Below are positions 55,331-64,000 of a stretch of DNA of 64,000 bases, one piece after another (positions within the stretch are counted from its first letter, which is position 1; each line of letters opens with the position of its first letter). Source of the stretch: Octopus vulgaris (lineage: Eukaryota); assembly GCA_951406725.2 (NCBI GenBank), contig OX597814.1, forward strand, positions 47,554,001 through 47,618,000, given 5' to 3'. Below the pieces are notes generated by a model, which did not search any database, was not told the origin of the DNA, and saw only the letters and a list, made by a program, of their open reading frames with translations. Position numbers and translations under genes: made by a program.

Positions 55331-55884
55331 AGGCTATTTAATACATACGATCATATTTATTTATGTCAAATATAATTTTCCTATAGGAGGAGAGCAGCTA
55401 TTCAAATCCCGTCATCATAAATGCGCTATCTTTGATAAAACTGCTTCTCATTCAATAGTCTTCATTTCTTGTTGTTTTCAGACGGTTCTGAGTTCAAGCT
55501 CCATATAGATTAATAAATTTTACCTTTCTCGAGTAGACAAAGAACTTGCATGTCAGGCATAGGACATAGTTAGCCTGGGGATAAAATTTCGCCTGCATTA
55601 AAATTTGAAGCCGCCCACTGACAAAGTTTACATTTAAGCCTTAATCCAAAACAGTAATTTGATATAAATTACTTTCAACATTCTATGAAGCCTTATAAGT
55701 ATCTGTCTAATTATAACATTTTAATTAAAGTTGCTTAGTGTGATTACGTGCATACCTATGAATTAATAAAATTAAAGGTTCATGATTTATTCTCAGCAGG
55801 GATATGCACTCTCACACATTCTTATGCATTTGCAATTCGCCCCAGGTACTAAAAAAGTTTTCCACCCTTCTGCTGTGCAGTGGA

Positions 55885-56750
55885 AGGCGGCCGATTGACA
55901 GAGTCGTCGTTAGAGCGGCAGAAAAAGATTGTTTTGCAATAATTGTGTCGACCTTCTACGTTGTGAATTCAAATCCCGCCGATGCTCAACTTTGCTTTTC
56001 ATCCTGTTGCGGTTGCTAAATAAAGTACCGGTCCCATACGGGGGTCGGTTCTTCTCTTTTTCTCACTCTTTCTTTCTGTATATCTAACTTTTTCACTTCT
56101 GGAAGAAATTGAATATGGTCAGTCCTGAAGTTGGATAGATTCACTCAAGTCTAAAAGTGCCTCTAACTATCATCTCAACACTCGTACGACTACACCAAGA
56201 GGTTGAGCGCCAAGAGAAAGGCTATGTAGGGGTATCTACAGCTAGAAATAACAGTAAAAATCTTGAATTACAGCCTATAGAAAAATAAAACTGGTTATTT
56301 TTATATTCCAAGATAACGGTTTAAAATTTTGGCGCGTGGCCAGTAATTTTAGGGGAGGGGACAAATGTCGACTCAAATGTTCAACTGGTACTTTTTTCAC
56401 CTATCTCGAAAGGAAGAACGGCAAAGTCAACCTTGGCTGAATTTAAATTCAGAGTGTAAAGAGCCGGAATAAATGTTACTTTGCATTTTGTCCGACGCGC
56501 TAACGATTCTTCCAGCTCGCCGTTTTTCTATATTCGATGATAATCCTTTTTACTATAGGCACAAGGCCAGAAATTTTGGCGAGGAGGCCATTACATCGAT
56601 CCTAGAGCTCAAGTAGTACTTTTTCCATCTACATCGAAACGATGAAAGGCAAAGTCGATTCCGACGGGATTTGAACTCAGAACATAAAGATAGACGAAAT
56701 GCTGCTGAGCATTTTGGCCAGCATTTAGCGATTCTTCCTGCACGCCGCTT
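55885..56750. mobile_element. Diverged SINE family B copies
   Basis: A + copy at ~55885-56050 and two - copies at ~56318-56525 and ~56545-56750. Confidence 0.8.
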
Positions 56751-57639
56751 TTCTATATCCGTGTGGTCTAGAGTTTAAGATTTTTACTCCCTCTTCCGAA
56801 AGTCAATATATACAGTGCATCTAATATATCCTTCCTTTTGTTTCTCAAAACAGTAGAATGTGATTGCAGAGATTTGTCTATTCCTTATAGGCGGAGCAAA
56901 TATATAGAGACCCGTCTTACTGGCTCCAGATCATAACATTAGAACAGCTGCCATAGCCAGAGATTAGCCAGTAGCTACATTACTAAGAATTGGGGAAAAT
57001 AGACAGAGTAAAGGTATGTTAGACTGAGAAAATTATTAAGAAAACTGAGCTTTTAAAATGTTTCTTTATGAGGTAACGAATTGCGAGATTGAAGGAAATT
57101 CAATATTTGCTTTCAACTGACATTTTTTTCTTGCGGTCATATAAAGTCAACTTTATGACATTAGTTACTCTCTGGCACATTTTAGAAATTAATCTTACTT
57201 CAGGGATTCATTCATTCTTGACTGAGAAATTTCAGCATTCCAATTCACTGTTTTATGACATTAATCAAATCTTTAGTTAATTCAGCGCTTTATTATAGCC
57301 GTTACTCGCTTTATTACACCACCCCCTGACTGCAGGAAAGTAGGACAGGTTTTTCATGGTTTGATCAAGAAGAAAGGACAATATACGTTACGTTTGCAGC
57401 CATTCTGAGTCTGGTCAGATCATTGATACAGTTGTTGTTCAGCTAGAATATTTGTAAGACGACGTTTTCAGGTAAAACGTAAGCAAAATGGAGGAAAGAG
57501 AAAGATTCTAAGTAGTCGAAGCGTTGAGGAGAAAGGATTGAACGCACTGGTCATTCGGGGCCTATTGTGTGACACAGAAGAAGTGACGAGCGTAAGAGAG
57601 ATGGGTGTACCTATGGGCCTTGCTGAAGATGATGTGCAA

Positions 57640-57780
57640 CTAGGTGTTTCCAAGGAGCAGAAAACATTATGGTAGTGTTTCATCGTATTCATCGACTCTA
57701 CAAAGGCTTACTAAGAGAGAGTTTATGGACCATGCACAAAAGATATGGGTGTCTGAACAAATTTGTGATGATGATTTTCC
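57640..57780 (+). mobile_element. LINE reverse-transcriptase fragment (RTE-like)
   Basis: FIVFIDSTKAY* / RESLWTMHKRYGCLNKFVMMI, matching FID..KAFD..RE.LW..L...GCP.KF. Confidence 0.7.
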
Positions 57781-57945
57781 TTGGTGCCCCAGCATATCTG
57801 TAGTCCAGTGACTGACATCAGTGAAAGATGAAGTGATATCATTCTTATATTACTGATTAAACTACATTCCTTAATATTTTAAAATTACGGTAAAAGTAAG
57901 AGATTATCTTTGGCGTATTTTGTTGTACTATAATGATATAAAGAG

Positions 57946-58163
57946 AAGGCGGCGAGCTGGCAGAAACGTTAGCGCGCCGGGCGAAATGCTTAGCCGTTAC
58001 GTTCTGAGTTCAAATCCCGCCGAGGTCGACTTTGCCTTTCATCCTTTCCGGGTCGATAAATAAAGTACCAGTTACGCACTGGGGTCGATGTAATCGACTT
58101 AATCCCTTTGTCTGTCCTTGTTTGTCCCCTCTGTGTTTAGCCCCTTGTGGGAAGTAAAGAAAT
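57946..58163 (+). mobile_element. SINE family B, young monomer
   Basis: AAGGCGGCGAGCTGGCAGAAACGTTAGC...CCCCTTGTGGGAAGTAAAGAAATA. Confidence 0.93.
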
Positions 58164-61100
58164 ATATATGTATATTTGATATTCCTACAGTGCATGAATT
58201 TGAGTCGATTGTTTAATTGTGTTAGTGATAACTAGGATCCTAGCTAAGTAATGGTTATGGTTTGATAATTATAGACCATAAGAATATTGGTTCAACTGTG
58301 TGACTGATAGCATGGTTTTCGATGAGTTGCTATCTTAGGTTGGACAATAAAGAAATATATAATAATATAAAGGCAGTAGTAATTCAGGAAGTCTACAACA
58401 GAGTGACAATACAAGGGGAAAAATGAACAAAGCAAGACTAACGAAGAATAGTACAAAGTTAATATAATTAATATGTGAGAAAGAGAACGCGGAAAAACGA
58501 ACGTTTCGAATGGTGGTTCTTTAACAAGAAAAGAGGATGGAGAAGGGTGGGGGAATAGGGGAATAGAATCCAAGGTGAAAAAAAGAATGTTTATGTCGAT
58601 AAGGTAACATGTTCAATGTCAGAACGGAAATGAGTAGAATGGTGGTTTACGGCAAGAAGACCGAGATAAGGGAGAGAAACGAGATAAGCGTGGGAAGGTG
58701 TAATGATGTATGATTGAGTAGGTTATGTGTGTATTTGCGTGCGCATGCGTGTGTGGACATGTAAAAATGAGAAGTCAAGAATGCAAGTAGGTTGTGTGCG
58801 TGTGTGAATGAGTGTGTGTGTGTATGCGTGTATTTGTGTACTTGTGTGTGTGTGTGTGGGGAATGTGAATATTACGTCGTGGTGGTGTGAAGAGAGCTTA
58901 AACGAGTGTGAAAGAAAGTAGCTTGTATGTGTGTGTGTATGTGTGTGTGTGCTGAGCAATAGATGCAGATTTTCTATGTTACCATGTCGGTTATATGAAC
59001 AATAGTGTGGGTGTGTAATACATTGGTAATGCAATGTATGAGCGTGTATGTGGTGACAGGTGTGGTGAATGCATGTGAGGTTGTTTACATATGTGGAGGC
59101 ATCTTTTGAGACGGTAGTTTTTTTTTTAAGAAAGCAATTCGATTAATAATCCTAGTTTGGTTAGCTGTGTTTAACCGGAAAATTAATTGTTGTTTGGCGA
59201 GATTTTGTAAGTTATAAATATACTTTATTTAAACTATTTAAAGAATCAAAGCAAGTAGAGGAATTTTAGTATTGGTTGGTGCCGAACTAGTGACATGCGA
59301 ATATGATTTCGTACTTCTTTTATCGTGTTTCTTTTATTTATATCCTTTTATCTTAGTTTCTTTTAGTCAAGAAATACTTGTAAGCTAGCTTTGATGTCGA
59401 CTGACGAAAGTGTGTGATACCATGTAGTATAAGTCCTCTTAAGCTACTGAAAGTTATTTCGTGGTATGCATAGTTACCATTTCTAATTTACATAATTCAA
59501 AATATTTCTACTCTTTCATCGTTTGGTCAGAGATCAGCCTTGCAGTTCTGGTGAAAATATATTCTTATTCAGTGTACTTCAAAGATTATTTTTCTCCTCA
59601 AACTTCGTAGTAATCGCTACATATTTTATATATTAATATCTATTTTTGGTGTTTTTTGATGATTTTTCAATGACAGAGGCCACACTAGCAGTCTTCTGTA
59701 TTAATTTTATAGATGTGCAGAAATGTAAAAGGAAAATATAAGTCTCATTAGTTGATAGACCCATATGTCAACACATTTGATCCACACGACGCCATATGTA
59801 TGTAAATCTTTATGTGTATCTAACTGGTTGGATGAATCTACGGATGTATGGCTGAATGAGTGAAATGGATAGATATGTATATGAGGGACAGAAAAACAGA
59901 TGGATGAGTTATCAAATGCTTCTGTTCAGAAAGGTGAAACGCTGTTAATTTAGGCTCTCAAAGTATTTATTGTGAAAGACAAGTTATGCCACACTTCAGT
60001 GAACATACAAATTATAAGAATAGTCACGCATATAAAAACACCATTTACATAGACATATCGTTAGAACGGGAGACGCTTCAAAAGAGAGTGGAAATTATAT
60101 CGTCATGTAGAGCAAGACAATTTGATTAATTTTTCTGAATGTCATGTATAATTTTGTGTCTTGTATTTAACGGAGGGAAAAATATTCTGTTACTTATTTC
60201 TTAATTCGTGTTTTGTTGCTCCACCTGCTATAATTCCCCACAAATTGGAATATTTGGGATGTTTTCTCTTAAGTGATATAACAAACCTTACAATCATCGT
60301 AAGACTGAAGACAGTTCTGAAATAGCTGATTGTACTGAGGGGAAGCGCATTGTAGTTTTGCTATTATGAAAGTATTTTTTCCCCATTCCAATCCTCGGTA
60401 GAATAAATCAGTTATACTACTCAGTAGTGCTTGAAAACTAATAACTTTTTATATTGACATTGCTCGTTGTTATTTGTTTGAGAGTAAGGGACATTGCCCA
60501 AATATTTTCTAGCACGCCAAGACTGTTGAGGCCAAGTTTTAAAAATTGATGCCTTTAGAAAAAAACCTAGGTATGGCGGGGTTTCCAAAGCGCTTTGTTT
60601 CTACATTAAAAAAAAAAAAAGGGTTTTTTCAAAGTAATTTAACACCTGCTTTAGAGAAGGAATGGTCAGATAGCTTTTTCATTGGTATAGCCTAGAATGT
60701 CGGCATGTGCAGAGAGGGAACATTAGTTTTCGAGGGTCTCACTTGCATCATTTGAAAACCTGCAACTATTCAACTATTCAATGCTGAAGTATTTCCTTTA
60801 TCTAAAAAGGGCGCCTAATCTTCGAAATGAACACATTCAACTGTATTATAAGCGTGTGGTTGTTAAGTAAAATAATCAGAGATTAGAAAACTTTGAGGAA
60901 CGTTTCTTTTAAACCGTTTTCTTTCTTTTTTTGCTTGGTTTTGCCTTGCTTGAGGTTAAATCTGATCGAACAAATTTACAATCAGACATTCCAGTTGCAA
61001 CAACTTCGTTTTTTACGAATGTCTAGGATTGCATTATTTAATGCAATTCTAGTATTAAAACCTAGTATTAAATAATACTTTTCTAAGACGGGATAAAATC

Positions 61101-62776
61101 TAATTTGAGGGAAATTTGCCTGCTATTTCTATCATATCAAGCGATCAGCTAGATCCTCCTTCGTTAGATGGAGTGGGTAAGATTTCTTGATATCCGTAGT
61201 GAAAGAACCAAACTTTCATATCGATCGAAGGATGCTTTCTGTATCACAGTACAAAGAAATAATATGATTGCCTGATCCGATCCAAATGTTGCGTCGTGTA
61301 TTATGGAATACGTTCGTTTGCAAAAGATTATTGCGAAGTGAAGCGTTGTATCATTATACAGAGGATTATGTTTGGTTACAAGTACAGTAATAAGGCCTTT
61401 AATGTAAAAAAAAAGAAGAGTGTAAACACACCAAAGTTGAAATAATTAGATAAGAGAGAATACCACGGACACACGCTGTGATAAAGTAGCATAACTGGAA
61501 ATTCTCTATCAAAAGAAATATGAAATTTGCTCGCCTATGGGGAAACCATAGGCGAGCAACTTTACTTGGACGTTGTCGTCTCAGAACTAGTCAAATAGTG
61601 TTACAGTTGTTGATATCAGTCAAGTGCAACATTATTATATTTGTTGAGTTCTCAAGTTTGAAAGATCACTGGTGCATGTCGAAGGAATGCAAAGTTCGAG
61701 TAAATCCGAACCTAGAGAAACGGTGCTGGTGGTCCTCGAGAAAAGAAAATAGAGTAAAGTGATAAAAGTAGATATCATTTACAACTGTTTCCATCAGCAT
61801 TCAGACTCTGAAAAAAAATATTACGAAAATCTGAGTGGTTTACTTTACTTGGAGATGGGACTCACTCATGTATATGTTCCTATAATTAATTTGGGTCAGA
61901 TAACGCAGAGAGAGGAAAGTCGAGGAGGATAAAGACCAACCTAGGAATATTTTACTTGTAGCTAATAGTAGAAATGCTTTTAGGGCTAGTCACCTTGTTG
62001 AAGTGCCAGAACTTTAGAAAAGGGAGGTATAACTATTTGAGTTAGTTCTAAGATGCCACAGGCAAAGTAGGCCCAAACAGGTCCGGAACTGACAAGGTAA
62101 AGAGACAGAACTAAATATGACACAACTTGGTTCCAATTTAAATTCAAATTATCTATAAAAATGTATAAATCGACGTGACTGAAATTATGAGCTCCCGATT
62201 CCAGAGCAAACTGAAAACTACCCTGCAAGAAGTGTAACCTGCAATAGAACATATTCAGACGGAAACAACATGGGTCAGTAGTAGCCATCTGCTGCAGAGA
62301 GAACAGGAAACCTGAAGAATGACCACAACAACACATACGTCTTAGGATTTCGTTTTAATCTCACTGTATATTGGATGTCAGATGACTCAATTCAGGGTCA
62401 CCAACTTCCGGTCTCACAGGAACCAGGCTAAAGTAATAGCAGTGGTAGGAGCCAAGTCCACTACCATCCACGCACGAAAACTTTATCGGAGATCTAGATG
62501 TTGGTTGCTCGGGAGGACCTTTCTGGGATTTCCGATTAATTTTATTTCGAAGAGAGTGAGAAGAATAGAAAATCGGATGTTACATTATTTTCCATCTCTT
62601 TGAAGTAACCTTGGAGCATTTTTCAAACCGAATTCAGGTCAATATTTCTTAACTGAAACTTTAGCCTTTTGTCTGTTGTTTAAAACATATATTTATAACT
62701 AAATCCGGGATTAACTGTAAAACGCGTTTATATTTGAAGCGGAAATGATTCATACTATACATAATCAAAATTCAGC

Positions 62777-62830
<54 letters not shown>

Positions 62831-62835
62831 GTATG

Positions 62836-62892
<57 letters not shown>

Positions 62893-62939
62893 GTGTGTGA
62901 TTGTGTGCGTGCACGAGGATATGTGTGTGTATGTGAGTA

Positions 62940-63062
62940 AATTTTTACCAGTGAAAGGTTGACTGTGACATCGAAGTTTCAGCTTGCTTACCGTCATCAG
63001 ACTGATGACGGCGAGCAAGTCGAAACTCCAAAGTCACTATCGACCATTTTCTTGTAAAAATT
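62940..63062. ncRNA. Head-to-head pair of hammerhead cores forming an imperfect palindrome
   Basis: + strand from 63002: CTGATGA C GGC-GAGCAA-GTC GAAA CT-CCAA-AG TC. - strand from 63000: CTGATGA C GGT-AAGCAA-GCT GAAAC-TTCGAT-GTC. The symmetry centre is 63001. Confidence 0.75.
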
Positions 63063-63177
63063 AACATGTATATACTCTACTAAAAAGTATAGAGTAATCC
63101 TTCAGTTTACTGTTAAATTGTTTTTATTTATAACTTCACGCCAGAAACACATTATCTGTCTCCCACCACATATATAT

Positions 63178-63315
<138 letters not shown>

Positions 63316-64000
63316 TCTCTCACACGAGACAACTTGTTTTTATGTTTGCTTTTTCAAATAAAAATAATTTTAACAAGAGCTCACAGCTACCATGAGGGAC
63401 ATTATCACAACATTGGCTCTTATTAGAATATAAAAAGTACATTTATATGAAATCAATCAATCGAAAGAGGTGAAAAGTCATGAAATTCATAAATAACATC
63501 TGAGTTGGACAGGACTTACACATGATATGTTTCTAAATGAAAGAGGAAATGGTACACTTATTTGAAGAATAATCTACGAAAACATTCTTTATTGCAATAT
63601 GATAATTATGTAGCTTTTAGCAATTCTAGTTGCTGGGACTACTGAATAGCAAAATGTTATCCGCTGATGAAAAATTTTTTTAGACTCCCATCTCGACATC
63701 TTACTGTTAAACCACTTCGTTGCAGGCGATTAATTTCACCACATTCTTTCTGAATCACTGTACCGAAGCAATCTAAACATTTCTAGTCTTCATTAAGATT
63801 TCGTTTCCTTTTCTTTGGGTCAAATTCATTCACTAACGACCGTAAATAATATATGATGTATATAACACAATTCTTGAAAACGGAAATTCAGCTTTTTGTT
63901 TTTGCTTTTTTTTGTGAGAATGTTTTCTAACTTGTGAAAATCTAATAACAAAGGTGTCGGGCCCTTGTATGGAAATACACAAGTGAAACTATTGTTATTT

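Noticed and set aside
59395-59460. CTGACGA...GAAA motif (also weak ones at 18921, 43115, 52195, 58495)
   Set aside because: Stem I and/or stem III cannot be formed, so these are not listed as ribozyme features.
61986-62603. Moderately GC-rich stretch with short ORFs
   Set aside because: Frames are interrupted by stops and no motif was recognised; possibly an old TE remnant.

Overview
AT-rich eukaryotic, repeat-saturated non-coding DNA, most likely from an Octopus (coleoid cephalopod) genome. This is my recognition of the two dominant tRNA-derived SINE families and the very high density of (TA)n/(CA)n/(TATC)n microsatellites, not a database result. No intact host protein-coding gene or structural RNA gene is supportable, and almost all track ORFs are microsatellite or SINE artefacts. 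Recognisable content: many SINE copies; LINE remnants (RTE, L1/Tx1, R4/Dong, CR1); DNA transposons (a full-length dead mariner, two hAT elements with perfect 8-bp TSDs, a pogo/Tigger-type MITE); and a Penelope-like (PLE) ORF remnant. The main unexplained structure is a population of about 15 minimal type-I hammerhead ribozyme (HHR) motifs from many unrelated short PLE-pLTR-like families. Several have intact cores, some carry unusual core variants (U3-A8 swap, U4C, A6U) or long stem-II insertions, and they repeatedly sit in long DNA palindromes next to (TA)n tracts. All motif parsing and alignment was done by eye; boundaries are approximate unless a TSD is quoted.
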